DNA of 64,000 nt from a candidate division FCPU426 bacterium (GCA_963830915.1 CAWHOE010000027.1:1-64000); one strand, 5' to 3'. Counted from the stretch's first letter, positions 22,696 to 33,494 are shown. A program made the numbers and translations. The notes: a model not told the origin generated them from the sequence alone.

Positions 22696-22839
22696 ATGGA
22701 TGATCAGATAAAAACCGGAATACAAATAATCGGCGGAGGACTCGCATGGTTTTTCCTCCTCCTTACAGGATTCAGCGCATTGACCATCATAGGGGGCGGT
22801 CTTTATCTCGGGTTCCTTGGATGCAAGATATACCATTAG
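22696..22839 (+). CDS. Small hydrophobic protein
   Basis: 47-aa hydrophobic ORF from ATG 22696. Confidence 0.45.
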   Translation: MDDQIKTGIQIIGGGLAWFFLLLTGFSALTIIGGGLYLGFLGCKIYH

Positions 22840-23135
22840 ATAATACGGCGAAATTCATTTTTTTAAGAGAGTCCGGAACAAAGAAGAGAACCAATCGGAA
22901 TTCTAAAAAATAGAAAGTGACCACGACTTTTTAAGTATACTCGTATATATCAGACCGACCGCACGCTGACTGCGGTCAATATGGGAGATACTCGAACACT
23001 CCGGGATTTCGCCGGGCGTGAGGTCACACGCCCGGTTTCTTTCCTCCATACCTCATAGTCCTGTTAGTGTGTCCCGAAAAAACCCAGTACCATGCGGATC
23101 AACAGCCTGCTCCAGGGTACCTTAAAAATACGATT

Positions 23136-23387
23136 TTATCCGGCAGGAACCAGTTCTGCTCCCGGATAATGAGGTGATGTAATTACGTGAGTGGCGGGAT
23201 TGTACGTGAACGGGACCGACCAGAGGTTGTACGATGCTGTTCCCTCTGTTCCATCGGCCGCGAGCGTGTACGTGAACGATACCGTCGGGTAACTATCGAT
23301 GGTTGCCTGGCCGGTACCGCCCGGGTACAGTGTTATGGTGCCGGTGTGCTGTGAGTCCTGGAGTGTCCAGGTCGTTGGTGATGCCAT
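23136..23387 (-). CDS. Small beta-rich protein, or C-terminal domain of the upstream gene
   Basis: TWTL..GTITLYPGGTG pattern; 8 nt after the upstream stop. Confidence 0.55.
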   Translation of the reverse strand: MASPTTWTLQDSQHTGTITLYPGGTGQATIDSYPTVSFTYTLAADGTEGTASYNLWSVPFTYNPATHVITSPHYPGAELVPAG

Positions 23388-23395
23388 CGCAGTAC

Positions 23396-24086
23396 TTACC
23401 CGGACGTACCCGCCGGATAATTTACCTGGGCAGGAGTTATGGTACTGGCATCCAGCGAACCGTCAGCCTCAGAACCGGTAATTGTTGCAGAATAAGTGTC
23501 CTGCGGGAGCAGCGCGTTCCATGTCGCGTAATCGGGCAGGTGCAAGGTCTGGCCGGTGGTAGTCATTACGTCATAATTGCCGTTTGTTATGGTTGTCGAC
23601 GAGACCGTAAATGCAAGGGCTTTGGGATAGGGCGATGCCTGAATTGTTTCAGGTAATGAAGGAAACGTGCCAGATAAGGATACACGGCTGACTGTCCCGG
23701 CATCCAGAACACCGTTTGGCTCGACACCTGTTATCGTTGCAGAATAGGAATCGTGCAGCCACAAAGAGTTCCACGTCGCATAGTCAGGCACGTAGAGAAT
23801 GTTTCCGGCGGTTGTCCCGACCTGGTAATGCCCGTTGGCAAAGGTGGTTGACAGAACCGTGAATTCAATGACAAAAGGGAACTGTTGTACCGGTGATGCC
23901 ACAGCTGGCGCGGAAGCCGTGGCAGATGCAGACTACAGGAGCACTGGTTAATTGTGCCGCCTCGCTGATGCAATAATTCATGATACCCATCCCGATCCAG
24001 CATCCGACAATTGCGATGCCCGCGACAGCAAAGAAGTAAAGCACTCCTTTTTTGATGGTATCCGTTTCTATGACAAGCTGGGACAT
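23396..24086 (-). CDS. Membrane-anchored protein with two copies of an unrecognised ~65-aa domain (frameshift ~23930)
   Basis: N-terminus nearly identical to 24172-24801; FTV.STT...G.Y.V.TT.G..L..PDYATWN occurs twice. Confidence 0.75.
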
Positions 24087-24171
24087 AGTGTATCCGAGAG
24101 AAATTTAAGGTGTTCTTTGAGGCGATCCAGATCCGCAAAAACCGGGTAACTCCTGTAGGGGTATACCTGGA

Positions 24172-24801
24172 CTAAAGGCAGATTGTAAAGAGGATTATGG
24201 ATAGGCCCTGTTCCAGTTTGGGGGGATACCCTCTATCACTCTTTGACCGGAAACTGTGGTTGCCGGAATCTGGCTTGATTTCAACCCATCGAACCGGTAG
24301 GTACAAGCCCGAGTAGTGATAGTACACCGGGTAAGAGAAGGGATAAGATACAGGGGGATAATTGAAATGGTACATCAGGTTTGCGGCACTGGCATCCAAT
24401 GCACCATTTACCTCAGTCCCGAGAATGGTCGTGGTATACGTGTTCTGCGGGTACAAAGAGTTCCACGAAGAGAAGTCAGGCATGTACAAGGTCTGGCCGG
24501 CGGTCGTGAACACTACATAATGCCCGTCTGCTACGGTGGTTGACAGAACCGTAAATTCAATGACAAACGGGTACTGTTGTGCCACTGGTGCCACAGGAAG
24601 AGCAGAAGCTGCAGCAGGAGCAGTCGCCGGAGCCGTAACAGGTGCACTCACAGGAGCAGGTGCCTGCTGTGCCTCTAAACTGATGTAATGATCCACGATA
24701 CCCATCCCGATCCAGCATCCAATGATCGCGATGCCCACGATAGCAAAGAAGTAGAGCACTCCTCTTTTTACCGTGTCTGTTTCTATAACGAGTTGTGACA
24801 T
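24172..24801 (-). CDS. Paralogous membrane-anchored protein with one copy of the same domain
   Basis: MSQLVIETDTVKRGVLYFFAIVGIAIIGCWIGMG TM, A/P linker, PFVIEFTVLSTT domain. Confidence 0.8.
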   Translation of the reverse strand: MSQLVIETDTVKRGVLYFFAIVGIAIIGCWIGMGIVDHYISLEAQQAPAPVSAPVTAPATAPAAASALPVAPVAQQYPFVIEFTVLSTTVADGHYVVFTTAGQTLYMPDFSSWNSLYPQNTYTTTILGTEVNGALDASAANLMYHFNYPPVSYPFSYPVYYHYSGLYLPVRWVEIKPDSGNHSFRSKSDRGYPPKLEQGLSIILFTICL

Positions 24802-25051
24802 CGATGTTCTCCATACGTTACATTTTGTATCGTTTGGTTGTTACATGGATGGTTGGATATATTCCCAAGATCCTCAAAGTTGTCTGATTGAACCGCCAAG
24901 TTAGTACAATGAAAAAGGTGTTCTGTTCATTCGTCTGCAGGTTGTCCTTTTTCCTTCGATGGGAGGATATTCAGAACTGCCGATACCTTGACAGAACAAC
25001 CGCCATACAACCTGAGTATAAGGTGGAGTATATCCTGCCGACACATCCGGA

Positions 25052-25098
25052 CCGGGTCCAGCCCAGGCTGCAAGGGGCGAAATCCCCGGTGAGCGTCT
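25052..25098. repeat. Dispersed hairpin-containing repeat, partial copy D
   Basis: ccgggtccagcccaggctgcaaggggcgaaatccccggtgagcgtct matches the core of copy A. Confidence 0.6.
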
Positions 25099-25153
25099 CG
25101 CTCTTCCCTAATTCAAGCCCGCCTCTGGGATCCGATACATCACTGGTTCCGTC

Positions 25154-25585
25154 TCAGACCGACGTCCCGTCAGGAAGTTCCCAATCGATCCGTTCATACC
25201 CGAGTTCGAGCATCTCGAACGCCACCGCACTCGTGTCAGCGATGAGATCCGGCCCGTACCACCGAACCGGGTAGGCCTTCACAAGCCGCCAGACATCAAA
25301 TGCTTTGCCGGAGGCGTCCATGAGAAGGATCCGGATATCGTACCTGAGGGTAGGATCCTTACGGGTCATTTTCACCCAGTCCCAGAGCTGGGTATCGTCC
25401 GTTACTCCCCGCTGCACAACAACATGGGGGACCGGAAGAAGAGATGCACCGGGAGTATCGGGAAAGAACAACCCGCTTTCCAGCATGAGACCGGTGACCC
25501 TGGTCACCTGCGGGATTGCTTTTCCCTCTTTCTCGACCACGAACCGGAATGCCGGCAGAGGGCCCTGTCGCTGTGAACTTGGCAT
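25154..25585 (-). CDS. T4 gp19-like tail tube protein (divergent)
   Basis: FRFVVE, VVQRGVT..LWDW, IRILLMD, W.LVKAYPVRWYGPDL.A..VAFEMLEL. Confidence 0.85.
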   Translation of the reverse strand: MPSSQRQGPLPAFRFVVEKEGKAIPQVTRVTGLMLESGLFFPDTPGASLLPVPHVVVQRGVTDDTQLWDWVKMTRKDPTLRYDIRILLMDASGKAFDVWRLVKAYPVRWYGPDLIADTSAVAFEMLELGYERIDWELPDGTSV

Positions 25586-25615
25586 ACGTTGTTCAGGCCT
25601 CCTTCCAACGGACAA

Positions 25616-26053
25616 TCAGGTAACCCGGGTAAATCCCTCGTGAACAATCTCGAGCATTTCAATCGCAACATCACAATCCAGGGCAGAGAAGTCCGGCGGG
25701 ATATATCTGCTGGGCCATGCATTCGAAAGAGTCCACCGCACCTTCTCGTTTCCGCCATCGTCGAGCAGGATAATGTCAATACTTCTTTTCTGGCCAGCCG
25801 CTCCGGACGTGATGCAGGTATTGTACCAGGTATACAGTTCCATATCGCTGGTAATACCCCATACCAGCCGGATCGGGCAATACAAGGTTAGGCCTGATAA
25901 TTTTCTCATTACAGGGGGATCGTTTCCTTCCCGGTACTCGATGACCTCGGTTTCGGCACTCCCGAACTCGACTTCCTGGAACCCGGCCCGTGTTATTCCC
26001 TCAATTTCCACGAGAAACCGGGCATTATTGAATGGATCTACCCTTGGAGACAT
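25616..26053 (-). CDS. T4 gp19-like tail tube protein
   Basis: DPF...RFLVEIEG..AGFQEV, VIEYREG, RKLSGL, RW.L.NAWP..Y..PDF.A..VAIE.LEIVHEG. Confidence 0.92.
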   Translation of the reverse strand: MSPRVDPFNNARFLVEIEGITRAGFQEVEFGSAETEVIEYREGNDPPVMRKLSGLTLYCPIRLVWGITSDMELYTWYNTCITSGAAGQKRSIDIILLDDGGNEKVRWTLSNAWPSRYIPPDFSALDCDVAIEMLEIVHEGFTRVT

Positions 26054-26282
26054 GGTGTTTCCTCACACGGGGATTATCCGCAGTATATAAGATAAATCCA
26101 CTTAATGAGGAAGCATTTTACGGACATCGGGTAAGCAGCAATTATCACAGGTTAACAGATCGTTTTTTTAAGACCGGATTTGACATAAGATTTGATTGGC
26201 GAAGGCAGGGTGATGATACCCTGGGCAAAGCCCAAAAGTAGATTTAGTAAGATTACCACTTTTGACTGGAAGGTCGAGATTT

Positions 26283-26459
26283 ATGAAAATCAACTGGGAT
26301 TTGATAATCGTGTTTTGGTCAGGTATTGCGGTAGTAACTCTCATTAGCATTGCAAGAACTGCTCTTCAAAAGAATCTATACGAATATGATTGGTACATAT
26401 TAACCCTTTCAATAATTGTGCTGATTATAGCAGTGATTTTGAGAACCAGAACGCGTTAA
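26283..26459 (+). CDS. Small two-TM membrane protein
   Basis: 58-aa ORF with two hydrophobic segments. Confidence 0.55.
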   Translation: MKINWDLIIVFWSGIAVVTLISIARTALQKNLYEYDWYILTLSIIVLIIAVILRTRTR

Positions 26460-26475
26460 AAAAAGAAAATGCCGG

Positions 26476-26673
26476 TTACGCGTGAAAGCGGGGTGTTATA
26501 ATGGTAGAACGGTTCCTGCATTGCCGGGATGTGGAATCCCGGGATGCCTTGAAAAAATCCCCTGCTGTTCTGTTAATAATTGCATTTTCTGCATAACATG
26601 TGGGACAGATCCACCGGATGATATTTCCGGCGGATGTCCCGGCAACTTCCGATTTGAATAGTTGTTTAGGCAT
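26476..26673 (-). CDS. Small putative zinc-ribbon protein
   Basis: GAGG RBS, WICPTC motif; second Cys pair incomplete. Confidence 0.5.
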   Translation of the reverse strand: MPKQLFKSEVAGTSAGNIIRWICPTCYAENAIINRTAGDFFKASRDSTSRQCRNRSTIITPRFHA

Positions 26674-26937
26674 TGTTTCCTCGTTGATATGCTCTGGTGC
26701 GCCCAAGGGAAAATGATACCAGACCCTTGGTTTTAATCGATTTTTACTGCAAAAAGGGTTTCATAGGGGAGGTGATAAATCGCTCTTGTCCTCAGGATCG
26801 AGCGCGATCGAATGTATGCCCAAAACCGTTTGTGTACATATGAATTGGTTGTCCCAGCGTATAGCATGATGCATGAAACCGATTTCGTTTCCGGAAAAAC
26901 AATGGGCCCAACCGGAAAAGCTACCGAAAAAAGGGGG

Positions 26938-28574
26938 TTAATAATCGCCCATGCCCGGAGGCATCCCACCGGGCGGCATCCCGCCTTCCGAAGGAGCTGC
27001 TTTTGACGAAGAAATGACATCGTCGATACGCAGGATCATGACTGCTGCCTCGGCTGCACTGGTGATCGCCTGGGTCTTGACCCTTAACGGTTCGACAACC
27101 CCGGCTTTCAGCATGTCAACGGGTTTTCCCGCGTATACATCAAGGCCGAAGGTCCGGTTCCCTGCTTCATGCGCAGCCCGGATTGCAACCAGCATATCGA
27201 TGGAATCAAGACCTGCATTCTCGGCTAGAGCACGGGGAATAACATCCATGGCTGCTGCAAATGCTTCAACGGCAAGCTGGTTGCGGCCCCCCAGAGTCGA
27301 GGCATATTGTCGCAACTGAAGCGAAAGCTCGGTCTCGGGTGCTCCTCCTCCGGCGACGATTTTCTTGTCCTTTACAACAACACTGACCACCATGAGTGCA
27401 TCATGGAGAGCACGCTCGATCTCATCGATAATGTGGTCTGAGCCGCCCCGGATTATGATGGAGACTGCTTTTGGGTTTTTGCAGTGCGAGACCGTAATCA
27501 TCTCTTCACCGGAGAACTTCTTTTCCTCCACTAGGCCGGCTGTCCCGAGATCGGAGGCAGAAATTGCGTCTATGCTGTTGACAAGCGCTGCACCAGTAGC
27601 GCGGGCAAGGTTCTCCATGTCGCTCTTTTTTACCCGTCGCACGGCAAGAATGCCGGCTTTTGCCAGGTAATGCTGGGCGACATCATCAATACCTTTCTGG
27701 CAGAACATGACGTTCGCTCCGCTTGCAATAATCTTCTCTGCCAGGCCGTGCACCATTTGCGCTTCTTCATCGAGGAAAGCCTGTAACTGTTCGGGGCGGG
27801 TGATATTGATCTCGGCGCTGACTTCGGTCTTCCTGAACTCGACTGCCGCGTTAAGAAGAAGGATCCTGGCGTCCTTTACCACTTTTGGCATACCCGGGTT
27901 CGCCCTCTCCTTGTCAAGGACCATACCTTCGATCAGAACGGTATTTTCCACGGCACCACCGACTTTCTTTTGCACGTTTATATGCTTGATATCGACCGTT
28001 CCATCGGGCTCGGTGATCGACGTGACTGCTTTTACGACCATCGCACAGAGAAGTTTCTTGTAGGCCTCTGCACCTTTACCGCTGATCGCTGTTTCCGCGA
28101 CTTTTTCAAGCATTGCAGTATCGGAGGGTTTTACCGCAACAGATAGGCTCTCAAGGATCGCCAGTGACTTTACAGCCGCCTGCTGGTATCCTTCCCCAAT
28201 GACAGTCGGGTGGACACGGGACTGGAGCAGTTCTTCGGCCTGCTTTAAGAGTTCACCGGCGATAACGACTGCCGATGTTGTGCCATCGCCCACTTCGTCG
28301 TCCTGGGTCTTTGCAATCTCGACCATCATCTTTGCTGCAGGATGTTCGATGTCCATCTGTTTGAGGATGGTTGCACCATCGTTGGTGATAACGATATCTC
28401 CCATGCTGTCTATGAGCATCTTGTCCATGCCTTTTGGGCCAAGAGTCGACCGAACCGCGGTAGCTGACTGCCTTAGCTGCGGCAATGTTATTCTCCTGAG
28501 CTTCCTGCCCGCGATTTCGTGTCGTTCCCTGCCTGAGAATGATAATTGGCTGTCCGCCAAGTCTGTTGTGACAT
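26938..28574 (-). CDS. ths: Thermosome (group II chaperonin) subunit; N-terminal frameshifts
   Basis: [34 protein letters not shown] tail. Confidence 0.97.
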
Positions 28575-28956
28575 TTCAAACCTCAATTTTTTTTATTTTC
28601 ATTTGTTGTATTTTCCGGCAAAAGCCGTGTGTACTCCCGGTATGCTGCACCGGGTGCGGTAGACTGGTGATAGGGAATGATCTCTTCCCGTCACTGTTTG
28701 TGTAAGGATGTCGCCGGCCCGGCCGGTGACTCCGGTTTCCTTTTTCCTCCTGTGACTGGCAAGACTTGCTTCGTGACCTCATATTTCTATCTATAGATCC
28801 GGTTTTTTTGGCCACCGAGACAATTCCCTGAGATCTTGGCAGGATTACCTGGATACAACAGGTGAATGATCATCAATACTGCGTGAATAGCTATCGTCGT
28901 TGGAAATCCATCCGCTCTTATAAGCCCTTGGAGAGCCGGCTGAACGAAATCAAAGT

Positions 28957-29463
28957 TCAAAACTTTTTCACAGCGAGCTCCCGAATCACCTTCCCCACCA
29001 CCTCTTCAAAATCCTCGTCTGCGCAGTCGATTGTGATATCGGCATACTGCTCGTACAGAGGAACCCTCTGATGATACATAGCCGGAAGGCTCTGTCCTGG
29101 GATCAGGACAACACCCCGGGTCGTGATGTTCCTGAGCCTTTTGATCATGTCCTCGCAGGAGATCTTCAGGTACACGATCACGCTATCCTGCTTCAGCCAG
29201 TCCATCGCCGTTTTTGAAAAAACAACACTTCCCCCGGTGGCGATAACGCAATGATGGTAATGAAGGGAGAGAATTGTCTTCTCTTCGATCGCGAGAAACG
29301 CATCTGGTCCATCCATATTGATAATCTCCTGCAGGAGCCGGCCGGCACGTTCCTGGATCGCAATATCGGTATCAACAAAGGTCATCCCGAGCATCTTTGC
29401 AAGAATAACCCCGACGGTGCTCTTCCCTGCACCGGGCATGCCAATGAGAATGATGTTTTTCAT
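28957..29463 (-). CDS. aroK: Shikimate kinase, bacterial NMP-kinase type
   Basis: NIILIGMPGAGKSTVG, FVDTD, IATGGSVV, R.PLY. Confidence 0.88.
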   Translation of the reverse strand: MKNIILIGMPGAGKSTVGVILAKMLGMTFVDTDIAIQERAGRLLQEIINMDGPDAFLAIEEKTILSLHYHHCVIATGGSVVFSKTAMDWLKQDSVIVYLKISCEDMIKRLRNITTRGVVLIPGQSLPAMYHQRVPLYEQYADITIDCADEDFEEVVGKVIRELAVKKF

Positions 29464-30035
29464 GGGAGACTGTTGCTTTTCAGGATGCATGGTATTCTTT
29501 GGCGTAATAACCCACTCCACCGTGAGGCCATATTGCCACACCGACATTTATCCCCCGGTTCATCCATAATTATTCTCCAATACCATTTCTTTTGGCATAG
29601 ATACATCCTGCAGATTGGTATTCAGGGTGTTCCACGTGTATAATCAGGAGAATAAACCGTCGTGTAATAATTCTGGTAGACACTATACGTCTGGTTGTAC
29701 ATTTGCAGATCGGAAGCATAGGTGGACATATAGTTCGTCGCAATATCGTTCTCCACCTTGGTTTTCCAAGAGTTAGCCGTATCTGCAAGTACATTAAGTC
29801 TGCTGTACAGATGCATTCAGGACCCGGTTGCCTGAATCACCTGCCCGTCCGAAGTATAGACAGACTGCTCCGTTTGTGTATCAGCGTATTCTCCTCCGAT
29901 CCTGAAAAATACACCCGAAAAATCGAAAAATTGCGAGAAATGGATTACGCCCAGGTCGGAATTCGAATCCGAGTCGATTGCGTGACAGGCAATCATGATA
30001 GGCCGCTACACTACCTGGGCATTTGATACAGTATA

Positions 30036-30141
30036 TCCCGCCTCCCGGATTCGGACCGGGGACATCGCGGTAGCCGCGCAGTTGCCGATACCGGCAAACC
30101 ATACTACAGCCGCGCACTCTACCAGGCTGAGTTAAGGCGGG
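30036..30141 (-). tRNA. tRNA-Tyr(GTA) with a 32-nt intron at 37/38 (30072-30103)
   Basis: Acceptor CCCGCCT/AGGCGGG, D-arm, anticodon stem CGCGG-CT-GTA-G[intron]A-CCGCG, BHB-compatible junctions, T-arm CCCGG-TCCGAAT-CCGGG. Confidence 0.92.
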
Positions 30142-30293
30142 GCACTGCCTAATAATGTAGGGGTAGTTTCGTATTAAACATATCGCAGTGCCCAAGTTCG
30201 TTTTTCTGGCGAAAAACCAAAGAAGAAACCTGGTGCAGTAACCGTTTTAAATAATCCGGGAACGTATAGGGATAACCATGGCTCGCAAGGATT

Positions 30294-31809
30294 TTGCGGG
30301 GGATCGTCTTCTTCACCGACAGCCGTGCGCATGAAGACGTGACCGTTTTTGACACAACGCTCCGGGATGGAGAACAGACCCCGGGGATAGCATTCACCTT
30401 TGAACAGAAGATCGAAATTGCCCGACAGCTCAGCTATCGGTGTCCATTCCATCGAAGCAGGGTTCCCTGCGTCGTCGGCTGCGGAAAAAGAGACCGTCAC
30501 TGCTATCAAAAAGCTCGGGTTAGAGGCCAACGTCTGCGGACTTGCCAGATCTGTTAAAGCCGATGTTGATGCCTGCATCGACTGCGACGTCGACATGATC
30601 CACGTGTTTATTCCTACATCAGACATCCAGCGTGAAAACACTATCAACAAGACCCGGGAACAGGTTCTGGAGATAACGGACGAAATCATCAGGTACGCGA
30701 GAAAACATGTCAAAAAGTGCATGTTCTCGCCCATGGACGCAACCCGGACAGAACCCGACTACCTGGTCGAAGTCTGCCGGGCTGCAAGCAGGGCCGGAGC
30801 AACCATCATTAACATCCCGGATACTGTCGGTGTCATCGCCCCTTCAGGGATGAAGGCACTCATGACAAGGCTTGCACACGACGTAGACTGCCCTCTTGAC
30901 GTCCACTGCCACAACGACTTTGGCCTCGCGGTTGCAAACACCGTCGCGGCGGTCGAAGCCGGGGCATCCCAGGTCCAGGTCACCATCAACGGATTAGGCG
31001 AACGTGCCGGTAACGCCGACCTCGCCCAGACCGTCATGATCCTCGAATCGATCTACGGTGTCAACACCGGGATTAAAAAAGAACGCCTCGTTGAGACCTC
31101 GCGTCTCATCTCCCGGTTCTCGGGAATTGGCATCCCCCCCACCCAACCCGTGGTCGGAGAAAACGTTTTCTCGCACGAAAGCGGGATCCACACACAGGGC
31201 GTCCTCAAGCGATCTGATACCTTTGAACCCGGCATCATGACTCCAGAGATGGTCGGGCACCGGCGGAGACTAACCCTAGGGAAACATGTCGGCCGGCACG
31301 CTGTTAGGCAGACACTCGCTGATGCCCATATCGGTCCTGATGATGCACAGCTCGATATCATTGTCGAGAGGGTCAAGGCAATCGCAAGCAAAGGTAAACG
31401 TATTACCGACGCTGACCTCTACGAAATCGCCGGAAGTGTCATGGGCACGGGTGCAGGGAAAAAGGTACTCACGCTCGAAGATATCGCCATCATGACAGGT
31501 AACCACGTCATTCCCACCGCAAGCGTCCGGGCCCAGGTCGACGGGTGCGAACATGTCTTCTCCAGTGTAGGAAACGGCCCTGTAGATGCTGCCCTAAAAG
31601 CCATTCTCGGGATCATCCCGGCGCAGATCCAGCTGACCGAGTTCCATATCGAAGCGATAAGCGGGGGTTCGGATGCGATATGCCATGTCACTATAGCTGT
31701 CGCAGATGAACATGGAAAGATCTATGATGCAAGCGGCAGCGGCGACGATATCGTACTCGCCTCGGTCGACGCACTGGTAAACGCGATCAACCTGACCAGC
31801 AGGGAATGA
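30294..31809 (+). CDS. leuA: 2-isopropylmalate/citramalate synthase family (frameshift ~30430)
   Basis: [42 protein letters not shown] regulatory domain; leuA versus cimA not resolvable by eye. Confidence 0.88.
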
Positions 31810-32005
31810 AAAAACCTCCTTTTTTAGCGTGCCCCTACATCTACGGTGCAATATACCTGGTAGTGCCTAAGAAGATTGTTGACATAGTACGGGATCACTA
31901 AACAAAAAGCATCTCATGTGCTACACTAACAGATTTTGAGAAATTGGTTTGAGATATTCATTAGCCCGTTAAATGGAATATAGGCAGGCGCTGTGCCGGG
32001 TTATC

Positions 32006-32524
32006 TTACTTCATACCCTCCTTCCTTTTTAGCAGCACTGTTTTGACTTCTTCGGGATGTCCCTTAGGAGAAACTTTGCGCCAGACATCGGTGATCGTTC
32101 CTTCCGGGTTGATCAGGAATGTATCTCTTGATGTACCCAATATCTCTTTACCTAACAGAATCAATGGTTTCCAAGAGTCATAATCAGTGATTACCTTATG
32201 ATCTGCGTCGCTCAGAAGAAGGATCGCAAGACTATATTTTTCGGCAAACTTCTGGTGGCTTTCCTGCGAATCGGTGCTTACACCAATGACCTGTGCACCA
32301 AGATCCACAAAATTTTCGAGTGCCGCATTGAACTGCATTGCTTCAATCGTGCACCCCGGTGTGTTGTCCCGGGGATAAAAATACAAGACCACCCATTTTC
32401 CCTTGAATGAACGAAGACAGAACGGTGTTCCTTGCGCATCCGGAAGACAGAAATCCGGTGCCGGTTTCCCGACCAAAGGGTCATCTTTTACTTCAGGCAT
32501 ACCAATCAAAGGCATGATTGCCAC
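32006..32524 (-). CDS. bcp: Peroxiredoxin (BCP type)
   Basis: VVLYFYPRDNTPGCTIEA. Confidence 0.92.
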   Translation of the reverse strand: MAIMPLIGMPEVKDDPLVGKPAPDFCLPDAQGTPFCLRSFKGKWVVLYFYPRDNTPGCTIEAMQFNAALENFVDLGAQVIGVSTDSQESHQKFAEKYSLAILLLSDADHKVITDYDSWKPLILLGKEILGTSRDTFLINPEGTITDVWRKVSPKGHPEEVKTVLLKRKEGMK

Positions 32525-32688
32525 ATCTGGTATTAAAGATGCGTTTGATACTTAGGAGAGTGCTCGGGATAAGGAAACAATACTCTACACGTTTCCCTGT
32601 TGTTGTGGAGATCACAGAAATCTTCTAAACCTACATAACACAAATGCCCGACAGAAAAATACTATAATCTTTTCGACCTTCTGTTGTC

Positions 32689-33387
32689 ATGTGGTGTGCC
32701 ATGGAAGATCTGGACGGGTTTTTCTCTTCCTGCATCGGAAGATACGACGAATCACTTGTACTCTTTGATCGGAAGATTCTTGCAGAACCGGGGAATCTCG
32801 GGGCTTTTCTGGGAAAAGCTGCTTCCCTTGATCGTATAGGCCGGTTTGCGGATGCTCTTGCCGTTATCGAAAAGATCCACGCTATTGACCCACTTAATAC
32901 CGATGCCTGGTACCTGGAGGGGTTTATCCTCTATCACCGGGGCGACCTGAGGCAGGCCCTTCCCTGCCTTAAAGAAACACTCAAGCTCGATCCCCGTCAC
33001 GTTGAAGCATGGAGTGCGAAAGGGAACTGCCATTACCACCTTGGCGAGCAGGATGAAGCGATGGAGAGTTATGAAGCCGCGATCCAGATCGATCCGGAAT
33101 ACCCCAAGCCATGGTATAATAAAGGCGTAGTTCTTTCCGATACCCAAAGATATGAAGAAGCGCTCGTCTGCTATAAGGAAGTGCTCCGCATCAATCCGGG
33201 TGTCGCAACAGTCTGGACAAATAAAGGGTACTGTCTGGCGATGACTGGCCGGTACGAGGATGCCGTAGACGCGTTCACCAATGCCCTTGATATCAATCCT
33301 TTTGACATCACCGCGTGGAACGACAAGGCAGCAGCCCTTCGCCGGCTTGGCCGGATGAGGAAGCGGAATTGTGTACGAGAAAAGTAA
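32689..33387 (+). CDS. TPR repeat protein
   Basis: About six 34-aa TPR units (WYNKG..A..Y..AL.I.P). Confidence 0.92.
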   Translation: MWCAMEDLDGFFSSCIGRYDESLVLFDRKILAEPGNLGAFLGKAASLDRIGRFADALAVIEKIHAIDPLNTDAWYLEGFILYHRGDLRQALPCLKETLKLDPRHVEAWSAKGNCHYHLGEQDEAMESYEAAIQIDPEYPKPWYNKGVVLSDTQRYEEALVCYKEVLRINPGVATVWTNKGYCLAMTGRYEDAVDAFTNALDINPFDITAWNDKAAALRRLGRMRKRNCVREK

Positions 33388-33494
33388 TAGAGATCAGCAA
33401 AAACCGCGGGCCATCGCTCGTACTCTGATACACACAGGGTAGTAGTGCGTTCTTGTAAACCTATTTGGGTTAATGGATTAAATGCACAAAAAAG

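Noticed and set aside
29570..29900. Tyr-rich ORF fragments next to tRNA-Tyr
   Set aside because: No clear start or family; at most a gene remnant
1..30036. Whole left half as one island integrated at tRNA-Tyr
   Set aside because: No integrase or duplicated tRNA 3' end seen, and it contains housekeeping-type genes such as the thermosome
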